DNA from: Sinorhizobium meliloti
GTDB taxonomy: Bacteria > Pseudomonadota > Alphaproteobacteria > Rhizobiales > Rhizobiaceae
Direction: 5' to 3'
Assembly (NCBI RefSeq): GCF_017876815.1
Contig: NZ_JAGIOS010000003.1
Span: 900,001-932,000, forward strand
DNA: 32,000 nt
Shown here: one piece after another, positions 19,616-26,947 of the stretch
Layout of the letters: each line of letters begins with the position of its first letter
How positions within the stretch are numbered: position 1 is the stretch's first letter
Translations under genes and position numbers: made by a program
The notes under the pieces: model-generated
Told to the model about the DNA's origin: nothing
Databases searched by the model: none
The model's input: the letters and a program-made list of their open reading frames with translations, nothing else

Positions 19616-19745
19616 GATACAATATGCGATCTTCTTAGCCCAGAACGTGAACATCCTCGCAACGAGCCGTGCACAGGGCTCGTGACGAACGGCTCCCTTC
19701 GCCCGCAAGTGGTCGTCAGCGATGGGCGCAATGAGCGGCTCGAAT
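19616..19745. repeat. Repeat R1, copy a (130 bp, identical to 23529-23658)
   Basis: 130 of 130 identity by direct comparison. Six of the next seven bases also match. It contains stem-loops ACGAGCC-N8-GGCTCGT (19662-19683) and GACGAAC-N20-GGTCGTC (19684-19717). Confidence 0.9.
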
Positions 19746-19843
19746 CAGCCCAGAGCGGACTTGAGCACCGCCCTGAAAATGATCCTCAGGTGATCTCTCA
19801 CTGCCCAAGCGCGGGCTCTCGCTTCCTCACGCCGACAGTGCGC

Positions 19844-20077
19844 CTAATAGTGCCTTACTTGGCGCACTTCGTGATGTGTGGACCGCTCGTCCCAACGTCT
19901 GAGTATCTTCCTGGCCTCCTGAGGCACATAGGCAGCCTCGTAGTCCTCCCCCTGAAACGCGATGACGTTGTCGAGCGAGTCGAATTCCATCACGGTTGTG
20001 AACTGCACCTCCTCGCCTACAATCCGCCGCAGCAGTTCAATTGACCGATATCCCGGTATCCGCTTTGCCTCGATTCG
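19844..20077 (-). pseudogene. ABM-like (antibiotic biosynthesis monooxygenase superfamily) protein, 5'-truncated
   Basis: RIEAKRIPGYRSIELLRRIVGEEVQFTTVMEFDSLDNVIAFQGEDYEAAYVPQEARKILRRWDERSTHHEV.. has no start codon. An in-frame TAG (20078-20080) lies 3 nt after the methyltransferase stop. About 30 N-terminal residues are missing relative to my recollection of the family. Confidence 0.6.
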
Positions 20078-20083
20078 CTAAGT

Positions 20084-20812
20084 CTACGTCTTCTGCCAGA
20101 CCGAAACATGTTTGTCGCTGACAGAAGTGAAGGGCTCTTTCTTCCACCCACCCCAACGATGCCGTAGCTCCATGTCTGCCAGCCTCGCCATAAGATCGAG
20201 TTCGGCGGGCCAAACATAACGAAACGGAACTGTCAATTGCCGATAGCTCCCGTCCTGGAGCCAGATGTGGTGCGACGAGAAGTTCTGGCTCACCACATCA
20301 TACGCGTCGATCCCCCAGCGCGTGTCGCTGCAGGCGAACGCTAGGATCGTCTCGCCCACAGACAGCCGTTGAAGTGGCGGAACTCCTACCTCCACCAGAA
20401 AGAAGCCACCGGGCCCCAGATGCGCGGCCGCATTCTGGAAGCAGGCGATTTGTGCATCCTGGGTGATCAGATTGTTGATCGTGTTGAAGGCCAGGTAAAC
20501 CAGAGAGAATCGTCCGTCGACATGGATGGTCGCCATGTCGCCTATCGCCACTGGAAGAGTGTCTCCTCCTTCCTTGGCGCGAAGGCGGGATACCATGGCT
20601 CGTGAAAGCTCTACGCCTTCCACTTCAACGCCTCTTTGTGCGAGCGGGAGCGCAAGCCGCCCTGTGCCGATTGCAAACTCTAGGGCTCGTCCTCCTTCCG
20701 CCAAATCGACCAAAAGGTCGACGATTGGATCAACCACCTCCGGAGCCGAGATCGCATCATCGTCATCGTAAGACGCTGCGACCATTCCATCGAAAACGCC
20801 ATCCTCATGCAT
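20084..20812 (-). CDS. Class I SAM-dependent methyltransferase
   Basis: 242 aa. Motif I is ALEFAIGTGRLALPLAQRG and post-I is VEGVELS, with ..FSLVYLAFNTINNL.. further along. Confidence 0.85.
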   Translation of the reverse strand: MHEDGVFDGMVAASYDDDDAISAPEVVDPIVDLLVDLAEGGRALEFAIGTGRLALPLAQRGVEVEGVELSRAMVSRLRAKEGGDTLPVAIGDMATIHVDGRFSLVYLAFNTINNLITQDAQIACFQNAAAHLGPGGFFLVEVGVPPLQRLSVGETILAFACSDTRWGIDAYDVVSQNFSSHHIWLQDGSYRQLTVPFRYVWPAELDLMARLADMELRHRWGGWKKEPFTSVSDKHVSVWQKT

Positions 20813-20850
20813 CTTGCACTTCTCCTATGCTGGTTGTTGTCGTGGAGAGC

Positions 20851-21174
20851 TTAGTTGAAGAGCGGCCCATTCAAGGGTTTACGAGTGGTTCGAGAAGCTC
20901 CGGCACCGACAGGTTTGCTCTTATGACGTGTGACCGTTGGGTCGTTTTGGGGCTCGGCAGTCGCGCTCGCGCGTGCACGCGCTACCTTGCGTATGTCGCG
21001 TCGAGCGACACCTATGTCTGCCAGATAGCGGTCTGAAAGCCACCGCAGTTCGTGTTCGGTCGTCGCTCGTTGCCACCACCGCGAAACGGAGTTCGCTTTG
21101 TGCCCATAAACTCGCGCCACCTTCGGAAAGCTGCGAAAGAAGCGTGCAACGGCTTCAAGTAGTTCTACTGACAC
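20851..21174 (-). CDS. DUF1127-domain protein with an unusually long C-terminal extension
   Basis: The DUF1127 core is SRWWQRATTEHELRWLSDRYLADIGVARRDI. It is followed by about 45 basic, low-complexity residues. Confidence 0.65.
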   Translation of the reverse strand: MSVELLEAVARFFRSFPKVARVYGHKANSVSRWWQRATTEHELRWLSDRYLADIGVARRDIRKVARARASATAEPQNDPTVTRHKSKPVGAGASRTTRKPLNGPLFN

Positions 21175-21269
21175 ATTAACCTCCAGCTTCTGTTGCTGTG
21201 ACGGCCAGTCTAGGGATTTGCCCGCAGACCTGTTATTGGTATCCTGACAAAAAATGTCTGGGAGACGCC

Positions 21270-22106
21270 ATGATTGCTCGTGACAACCTGATCAACGCGC
21301 ACTTGCCGGAAGATGAGGTTGGAGATTACTCGTTCACCGCTGTCGGCCAAGGTGGAGCAGAGCCCGCCGGGAAGACATACGCCTATCATGCGCACCACCG
21401 CGCCCAGCTCTTTCAGATCGTGCGCGGATCGCTAAGGCTTGAGACCGAGGGCGGGTACTTTGTTGTCCCACCTGAGCGGGGCGTCTTCGTTCCGTCTGGT
21501 GTCCTCCATGAAGTCACCTACCTGCAGGAAACCGAGCGCAGTTACCTCTTCTTCCGCCCCGAGGCTGTCGCAGACCTCCCGATGCAGGTCTCGGTCATTG
21601 GCACGACGCCGCTCCTGCGCGAACTCATCCTCGCATTCTTGGAGATACCTCGCTCAGACGCAGGCGGTCCTCCCGCTGAACGGCTTGCGGCAGTCATCAT
21701 CGATCAGCTTCAGACAAGTCCGGTCGCGCCGCTATCACTTCCTTCGCCGATGTCAGATCGTCTTCGGACTATTGCTACTGACATCCGCGACGAGCCGGGC
21801 GAGGAGTGGCCCCTTCAAGAACTTGCATCTCGTGCGGCCATGTCGTCACGAAGCTTCCAGAGGCACTTTCAATCTGAGACGGGCATGAGTTTTCGGGCGT
21901 GGCGTCAGCAGGCAAAGCTTTTGAAGGCGGTGGAGTGGCTGGCTGCTGGGAAAAGTGTTGGGGACATCGCTTTCTCTCTCGGCTATTCAGGGTCCAGCGC
22001 CTTCATTGCCGTATTCAGAGCCGCCTTCGGAACCTCACCGGGACAGTATTTCCAAGGCACACCTACAGGCTGCCGTAGTGGAGCCGCTACGAATTCGGCC
22101 GATTAA
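21270..22106 (+). CDS. AraC-family transcriptional regulator (cupin sensor plus HTH)
   Basis: The C-terminus WPLQELASRAAMSSRSFQRHFQSETGMSFRAWRQQAKLLKAVEWL..IAFSLGYSGSSAFIAVFRAAFGTSPGQY is an AraC double HTH. Start ATG 21270 has GGGAG upstream; GTG 21198 is an alternative. Confidence 0.85.
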   Translation: MIARDNLINAHLPEDEVGDYSFTAVGQGGAEPAGKTYAYHAHHRAQLFQIVRGSLRLETEGGYFVVPPERGVFVPSGVLHEVTYLQETERSYLFFRPEAVADLPMQVSVIGTTPLLRELILAFLEIPRSDAGGPPAERLAAVIIDQLQTSPVAPLSLPSPMSDRLRTIATDIRDEPGEEWPLQELASRAAMSSRSFQRHFQSETGMSFRAWRQQAKLLKAVEWLAAGKSVGDIAFSLGYSGSSAFIAVFRAAFGTSPGQYFQGTPTGCRSGAATNSAD

Positions 22107-22182
22107 CCCTGAGGACTCGCCTCCACTGGTAACGTTCAAGCCGATGACGCCTTTCGGCCCGAAACAGACACGTAGCATGCTG

Positions 22183-22584
22183 TTAAAACCAAAGATCGCG
22201 CACGCAGCGCCCTTTGGAAGGAAGGTCTTCAAAAGTGTCCAGGCCGTCGAAATGATCAATGGGCAGATCCTGAACGAGGCCCGGTGGCGCGAGCCGCAAG
22301 TTTACAGCCATGCGCCGGCGGCCATCCTCTTGAAGCCGTAAACCGCGCCAGCTCAATACACAGGCGCAGGATGGGCAGAACAGTATTTCGAGAGACGATT
22401 TGTCCCTTCCGGCGCGGGTGTAGGAGGCAATCTGCCCGGTGACCGTAATACGCTCTCCTTCGTAATCATAGGCCCACAGAGCGCCGTAGCGTCGGCAGAG
22501 CGTGCAGTTGCACGCTGTTATCGAGCCGGGATCACCTTTGAGTGTCCAGCTCGCCTTGCCGCAATGACATGAGCCCGTCAGCAT
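22183..22584 (-). CDS. GFA-family (glutathione-dependent formaldehyde-activating-like) zinc protein
   Basis: The cysteine pattern MLTGSCHCGKASWTL..ACNCTLCRRYGALWAY..FCPSCACVL is typical of GFA/CENP-V. Confidence 0.85.
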   Translation of the reverse strand: MLTGSCHCGKASWTLKGDPGSITACNCTLCRRYGALWAYDYEGERITVTGQIASYTRAGRDKSSLEILFCPSCACVLSWRGLRLQEDGRRRMAVNLRLAPPGLVQDLPIDHFDGLDTFEDLPSKGRCVRDLWF

Positions 22585-22656
22585 GAGCGTAGGTTCAATC
22601 CTGCTCGTGTTTCAAGAACGGCATCCTGCCCCAATCACGCGATGACCGCAATTGGC

Positions 22657-22743
22657 GCATTTCGGCGGTCCCGTGTGCTGGCCATGGGCGACTTCTCACC
22701 ACCCATTGCGGTCTCCGAGGTGAGTTTCGGTCCTTCGCCTTGA
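22657..22743. repeat. Repeat R2, copy a (87 bp)
   Basis: Matches 24491-24578 with 1 indel and 3 substitutions. Weaker similarity continues for about 25 nt. It contains CTCACC-N18/19-GGTGAG. Confidence 0.85.
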
Positions 22744-22874
22744 GTGGAATCGAACCCTCGGCCCCTAGCCAGTCTTAAGCTTGTGCGGCCGATGCGGTCG
22801 CTAAGACGGCCGATTCAGGCGTAGATTTCTTCACCAAATGGTGCTATTTGTAACACTAAAGCTAGGAACCGACG

Positions 22875-23075
22875 ATGCGATCGACTATCAACCTCGACGA
22901 CACTCTCATGGAAAGGGCTAAGTCCCTAACCGGCACAAAAGAAACCGCCGCTCTGGTCCGCCAGGCATTGGAGACGCTTGTTCGTGTGGAGTCAGGAAAA
23001 CGCCTCATCGCGCTCGGGGGAACTATGCCGGATGCGGAAGCAGCTCCACGCCGCCGGAGCGCAGCTGCCAAGTGA
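22875..23075 (+). CDS. vapB: Type II antitoxin VapB
   Basis: 66 aa, MRSTINLDDTLMERAKSLTGTKETAALVRQALETLV. The stop overlaps the vapC start (GTGA). Confidence 0.8.
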   Translation: MRSTINLDDTLMERAKSLTGTKETAALVRQALETLVRVESGKRLIALGGTMPDAEAAPRRRSAAAK

Positions 23076-23455
23076 TTCTTGCCGACACTTCAATCTGGAT
23101 TGATCATTTCCGGCATACCGATGCCGAGCTGCGTAGGATTATTGAGGACGATCGTCTCCTCTGCCATCCGGCCGTGATCGGAGAGCTTGCACTTGGCAGC
23201 CTTCGGGAACGCAGTAGCGTGATAGCATTCCTGATGGCTCAGCGCGAAGCACTCGTCGCAACGCACCAGGAGGTCATGATGATGATCGATCGCCACGCCA
23301 TTTTTAGCATGGGGATTGGCTACACGGATGCCCATTTGCTGGCCTCGGTTCTCCTCGATCAGCGAATGGCTTTGTGGACGAGAGACAAGCGTTTGCAGGC
23401 AGCGGCCGAAAAGGCGGGGGCGTCGCTGCACACCCCCGCCCATACGCGGAACTGA
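23072..23455 (+). CDS. vapC: Type II toxin VapC (PIN-domain ribonuclease)
   Basis: MILADTSIWIDHFR..HPAVIGELALGS..GIGYTDAHLLASVL..LWTRDKRL contains the PIN acidic residues. Confidence 0.9.
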   Translation: MILADTSIWIDHFRHTDAELRRIIEDDRLLCHPAVIGELALGSLRERSSVIAFLMAQREALVATHQEVMMMIDRHAIFSMGIGYTDAHLLASVLLDQRMALWTRDKRLQAAAEKAGASLHTPAHTRN

Positions 23456-23528
23456 ACACTAAATAAAAGGCCATGGCCGTTGCTCTTGCTGGTCAACCGG
23501 TCGAGCCACACGGCGCAAAATTCCGGTT

Positions 23529-23658
23529 GATACAATATGCGATCTTCTTAGCCCAGAACGTGAACATCCTCGCAACGAGCCGTGCACAGGGCTCGTGACG
23601 AACGGCTCCCTTCGCCCGCAAGTGGTCGTCAGCGATGGGCGCAATGAGCGGCTCGAAT
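23529..23658. repeat. Repeat R1, copy b (130 bp, identical to 19616-19745)
   Basis: Direct comparison. It ends 59 nt upstream of the BKACE start codon, on the same strand. Confidence 0.9.
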
Positions 23659-23716
23659 GAGCCCATTGCAGACCTTCTCTCTACAGCTAACATGCCCACA
23701 AATACTGGAGACCAAC

Positions 23717-24430
23717 ATGATCGTCCAAGCCTGCCTTAACGGTGCACGTCCTAGCGACTATCACCCGCGGCTACCGCTCACGGCGGATGCCATTGCCCTC
23801 GACGGTGCGGCATGCATCTCCGCGGGGGCTGCCGAACTTCACATACACCCCCGCGGCCCGGACGGACGTGAGAGCCTCCTGGCGGTCGATGAGGCGATAT
23901 ACGCCGTGCGGCGCGCTTGTCCGGGAAGTCTTGTCGGAGTGTCAACGGGCGCGTGGATAGAACGCGACGAGAAGCAGACGCGAGACTGCATCTCTGCCTG
24001 GCGGCAGCTGCCCGACTACGCCTCCGTCAATATCTCCGAGCGAGATGCTCCAGCGGTTATCGCGTTGCTGCACCGCATGGGTGTCGGCGTCGAAGCGGGA
24101 TTGGCCACGGTCGCGGATGCCGAGCGATTTGTCACGCTTCCGGATTGCCATCGAGCTTTCCGCATCCTCATCGAGATCGAAGAACAGGACCTCGGAAAGG
24201 CTGACGCAATCGCGGATGGGATCGCGCAAGTTCTTGAGCGCGCGAATATCCTACGACCAGTCCTTCTACACGGGTTGGACGCGACCGCTTGGCACTTCGT
24301 CAACCGCGCGCATCAACGGCGCTGGTCTACGCGAGTTGGATTGGAGGATGGGTGCCAACTTACGAATGGTGAAATAGCGGGTGGGAACGCCGACCTCGTG
24401 GCAGATGCGCTTCAAATCTTTCGCTCGTAA
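23717..24430 (+). CDS. BKACE-family (3-keto-5-aminohexanoate cleavage enzyme-like, DUF849) protein
   Basis: MIVQACLNGARP..ELHIHPRGPDGRES is the DUF849 N-terminal signature. GGAG lies 6 nt upstream of the ATG at 23717. Confidence 0.85.
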   Translation: MIVQACLNGARPSDYHPRLPLTADAIALDGAACISAGAAELHIHPRGPDGRESLLAVDEAIYAVRRACPGSLVGVSTGAWIERDEKQTRDCISAWRQLPDYASVNISERDAPAVIALLHRMGVGVEAGLATVADAERFVTLPDCHRAFRILIEIEEQDLGKADAIADGIAQVLERANILRPVLLHGLDATAWHFVNRAHQRRWSTRVGLEDGCQLTNGEIAGGNADLVADALQIFRS

Positions 24431-24490
24431 CATGCCAGATTGGCCTTCCATTCAGCACGGTAACACCTCGCTCGAATGGCAGCTTCGTCC

Positions 24491-24578
24491 GCATTTCGGC
24501 GGTCCCGTGTGCTGGCCATGGGCGACTTCTCACCCACCCATTGCGGTCTCCGAGGTGAGTTTCGATCTCTCGCCTTGA
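24491..24578. repeat. Repeat R2, copy b (88 bp)
   Basis: See 22657-22743. It is in the same orientation, 1834 bp downstream. Confidence 0.85.
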
Positions 24579-24678
24579 AGGAAGCAGAACCTGAGACCCC
24601 CGTCATTTGACGTCTGACGCAGTTGAGAGGATACGAACCGCCGGCCCACCAATAGCTTCGGCGGGAATGTCCGAGCGG

Positions 24679-25002
24679 TCAGTGATTGTTCGGCTCCTGC
24701 ATCCATTGCGGAATGTCTCGCTTGGCATGTAGCACGCGCCACACATCGACATGATCTGGCTGGTCGCGATAGAAAATGAGATAGGGATATCGCTTCAGAG
24801 AGACACTCCGTAGGTCAGGCAATCCCAATTCGTATGCATATCGCAACGATCCGGCCTCCGGATGGCTCGCGATCGAAGCGTACGCCGCTTGAAGTGCGTC
24901 GATAAATCCGAGGGCGACCTCGGTTCCTGCTTCGCGTGCATAATAGTCAATGGCCGCCTCGACATCGCTGCGCGCCAACTGCCGCGGGATAATAGTCGTC
25001 AC
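24679..25002 (-). CDS. parE: Type II toxin ParE/RelE family
   Basis: 107 aa. ..AIDYYAREAG..LRSVSLKRYPYLIFYRDQPDHVDVWRVLHAKRDIP is ParE-like. The GTG start overlaps the parD stop (GTGA). Confidence 0.85.
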   Translation of the reverse strand: MTTIIPRQLARSDVEAAIDYYAREAGTEVALGFIDALQAAYASIASHPEAGSLRYAYELGLPDLRSVSLKRYPYLIFYRDQPDHVDVWRVLHAKRDIPQWMQEPNNH

Positions 25003-25238
25003 TTGCTGTGCTCACCACGAACTCGATCGCGCAGACTGGTGAAATAATCCGCGTCGACCGGCTCAGTCGGTGCGGACGAGGCTCCGTCAAGCAACAGCCT
25101 GCGTAACGCGAGGCGATCCTGATCTCGACGTATCAACTCCCGAATATACTCACTACTTGTCCCATAACCCCGTCCGGCGACTTGCTCATCGACGAAGCTC
25201 TTAAGGTGGTCCGGCAGGGAAATGTTCATTGTGCCCAT
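24999..25238 (-). CDS. parD: Type II antitoxin ParD (ribbon-helix-helix)
   Basis: MGTMNISLPDHLKSFVDEQVAGRGYGTSSEYIRELIRRDQDR. The start is ATG 25238 or 25229. The ORF-track start at 25358 is not credible. Confidence 0.8.
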   Translation of the reverse strand: MGTMNISLPDHLKSFVDEQVAGRGYGTSSEYIRELIRRDQDRLALRRLLLDGASSAPTEPVDADYFTSLRDRVRGEHSK

Positions 25239-25245
25239 GCAAGTG

Positions 25246-25274
25246 ACTATACCGGTTTTGGCAAAAATTGGCAA
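25246..25274 (-). promoter_or_regulatory. Candidate parDE promoter TTGCCA-N17-TATAGT
   Basis: On the minus strand: TTGCCA (25274-25269), a 17-nt spacer, then TATAGT (25251-25246). The -10 ends 7 nt before ATG 25238. The -35 region holds a TTGCCAA / TTGCCAAAA direct repeat. Confidence 0.45.
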
Positions 25275-25351
25275 GACCGGGCTTCCCTTCGACCACGAGA
25301 CCGACGCCGCAATGCCGAATCCGCAGCATGGCAGTGACGCAGGTTCCCGTC

Positions 25352-25379
25352 GATACATTATGCGATTTCTCTAGCACAG
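25352..25379. repeat. Partial, diverged copy of the first 28 nt of repeat R1
   Basis: GATACATTATGCGATTTCTCTAGCACAG versus R1 GATACAATATGCGATCTTCTTAGCCCAG, 22 of 28 by hand alignment. Confidence 0.5.
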
Positions 25380-25502
25380 CCTTTAAGCTCGACTTGTGAC
25401 TCCCTTTCTGCTCCATTGGACGCAAGGACGGAGCATTTATGGAACTTCTGCAGCGTGAATAAGCGCCTCTCTGGCAGACGATTTTCTTTGGATTTCGAAG
25501 CG

Positions 25503-25523
25503 CTCTATCTGGTGCAGATAGAG
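25503..25523 (+). promoter_or_regulatory. Perfect 8-bp inverted repeat CTCTATCT-N5-AGATAGAG overlapping the NUDIX ribosome-binding site
   Basis: Read directly. The 3' arm runs into GAGGA (25521-25525), 6 nt before ATG 25532. Confidence 0.4.
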
Positions 25524-25531
25524 GATGCGGA

Positions 25532-26014
25532 ATGAAAAAAACCGAACGCTACCTCGCGAGACTTGCGCCACATGCGAGCACCCTAACGAAGGGTGGCGCC
25601 GCCCATCAGATCGGAGCGATCTGCTACCGAGTCAACGAAATGGGCGCCGTCGAGGTGTTGTTGATCACAACGCGCGCTTCGGGCCGGTGGACGATTCCGA
25701 AAGGCTGGCCCATTAAGAACCTGAAACCACACCAGGCGGCCGAAAGAGAAGCGTGGGAAGAGGCTGGCGTAGCTGGAAAAGCGAAGAAGCGAGCACTTGG
25801 CTATTTCACCTATTTAAAAACTCTCGACGACGGACACAAAACAGCATCGATCGTCGAGGTGTTCAGGCTGAAGGTGGACGAACTGCACCACAAGTTCCCG
25901 GAGCGAGGAGAGAGACAGATGGCGTGGCTGTCCCCGGTCGAGGCCGCCAGACGTGTGCAGGAGCCGGAACTGAAAGGGTTACTGCTGCGCATGCTCAAAG
26001 AACCCAGTAGCTAA
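25532..26014 (+). CDS. NUDIX hydrolase
   Basis: The Nudix box is PKGWPIKNLKPHQAAEREAWEEAGV (Gx5Ex7REUxEExGU). Confidence 0.9.
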   Translation: MKKTERYLARLAPHASTLTKGGAAHQIGAICYRVNEMGAVEVLLITTRASGRWTIPKGWPIKNLKPHQAAEREAWEEAGVAGKAKKRALGYFTYLKTLDDGHKTASIVEVFRLKVDELHHKFPERGERQMAWLSPVEAARRVQEPELKGLLLRMLKEPSS

Positions 26015-26142
26015 ATTCCGGCCTGGTGGCCTGATGGGCAGCACTAAGCAGAGATTGCGAGAAATTCACTCGACCAGCATCGGAAACCGTGCCCATATGG
26101 TTGAGCCGGAGCCGTCGTTCGGATCACGAAGAGGCGAACACA

Positions 26143-26313
26143 ATGTCTTACGATTGGGATGGCAGGCAATCTCATCGAAAGAGCGTGATCAGGTTCCTCG
26201 CCGCGCTGGCGCTGCCAGCGGTATTGCTCAGTTCAGCGATTGCTGTCGCCGAATGGGCGAGAGATCCAACCGCTAAGACCGCGGCCACTGAAACGCCGGC
26301 AGCTCGGGCATGA
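26143..26313 (+). CDS. Hypothetical small single-pass membrane protein (56 aa)
   Basis: MSYDWDGRQSHRKSVIRFLAALALPAVLLSSAIAVAEW.. has one hydrophobic helix and GAAGAGG upstream. No family recognised. Confidence 0.3.
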   Translation: MSYDWDGRQSHRKSVIRFLAALALPAVLLSSAIAVAEWARDPTAKTAATETPAARA

Positions 26314-26516
26314 ACTCTTCGCTTGATCTGTAGCCAATTGAAGGGAACCTTCAAGGCCGGAGGTAGCCCATCCCACGTTTCCGGCACGTTCCTCTTATAT
26401 CAGCGGACGTGTCGGCCATGATAGCATTGACTGGGAAAATCTTCCCTTCGTCCTCCAAAATGCGAGGCAATAGAACTTATCCGCGTGCGGAGCGTTTTTG
26501 CCCCGTGGAGCATACT

Positions 26517-26678
26517 ATGGGCCGCCGAGACGTCATAGCCATAGGAGGTTCGCTTGGCGCGGTGGCAGCCCTGAAGCACTTGCTTGGCAAACTTCCGGGC
26601 GACTTCGCCGCCGCTGTATTCGTCGTCATACGTGCCGGCGCACGCGGAAAAGATCTACTCGCGAGATATTCAACATGA
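26517..26678 (+). pseudogene. CheB-type methylesterase domain, N-terminal ~40-aa fragment
   Basis: MGRRDVIAIGGSLGAVAALKHLLGKLPGDFAAAVFVVI matches the start of the CheB catalytic domain. The remainder, including the catalytic residues, is absent in all frames. Confidence 0.6.
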
Positions 26679-26947
26679 CCTTCGCCGTCGCCTGAAAGCT
26701 GTCGATCGGCCGAGCGCCGGCCGTTGCCAACTTCTCGATCGTTTCCAAACGTGACGGCACATCGATAGAGTCGGTAGTTGGACGTTATGGGGCGCCCTGA
26801 AACAGCCCCCTGCTCCGATCAGGAGGCGTTCGGTGGCTGGTTAATGATCTAGGCCCAGTACGGAGCCAGGTTTGGAAACGTGGGCGATAAGTAGAACCAA
26901 TGCACAATTGCGATAAGATGTTTCATCATGTCCGTTCTTGAGGTCCA

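Noticed and set aside
19514-20044. 176-aa plus-strand ORF, and the 61-aa minus-strand ORFs 19546-19731 and 23459-23644 that share an identical N-terminus.
   Set aside because: The shared peptide simply reflects the identical R1 DNA. The ORFs diverge exactly at the repeat edge and lack RBSs. The 176-aa ORF is antisense to the ABM-like fragment.
22746-22757. GGAATCGAACCC just right of R2a looks like the reverse complement of a tRNA T-arm (GGGTTCGATTCC). This suggested a minus-strand tRNA or tmRNA remnant and an att site.
   Set aside because: The flanking bases do not form a T-stem (GAGGG versus CCACT). No acceptor stem, anticodon arm or CCA context can be built. The equivalent segment beside R2b (GGAAGCAGAACC) is further diverged. 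At most this is a very decayed relic.
24577-24587. GAAGGAAGCAG resembles the conserved GGAAGGAAGCAG of SRP (4.5S) RNA domain IV.
   Set aside because: No surrounding helix 8 pairing or GNAR tetraloop context. The motif lies in the diverged tail of repeat R2 and is absent from copy a.
26700-26800. Minus-strand peptide ..DSIDVPSRLETIEKLATAGARPIDSFQATAKVMLNI.. between the CheB fragment and the AraC gene.
   Set aside because: No start codon, bounded by stops after about 50 codons, and no family recognised. Possibly another gene relic, but unsupported.
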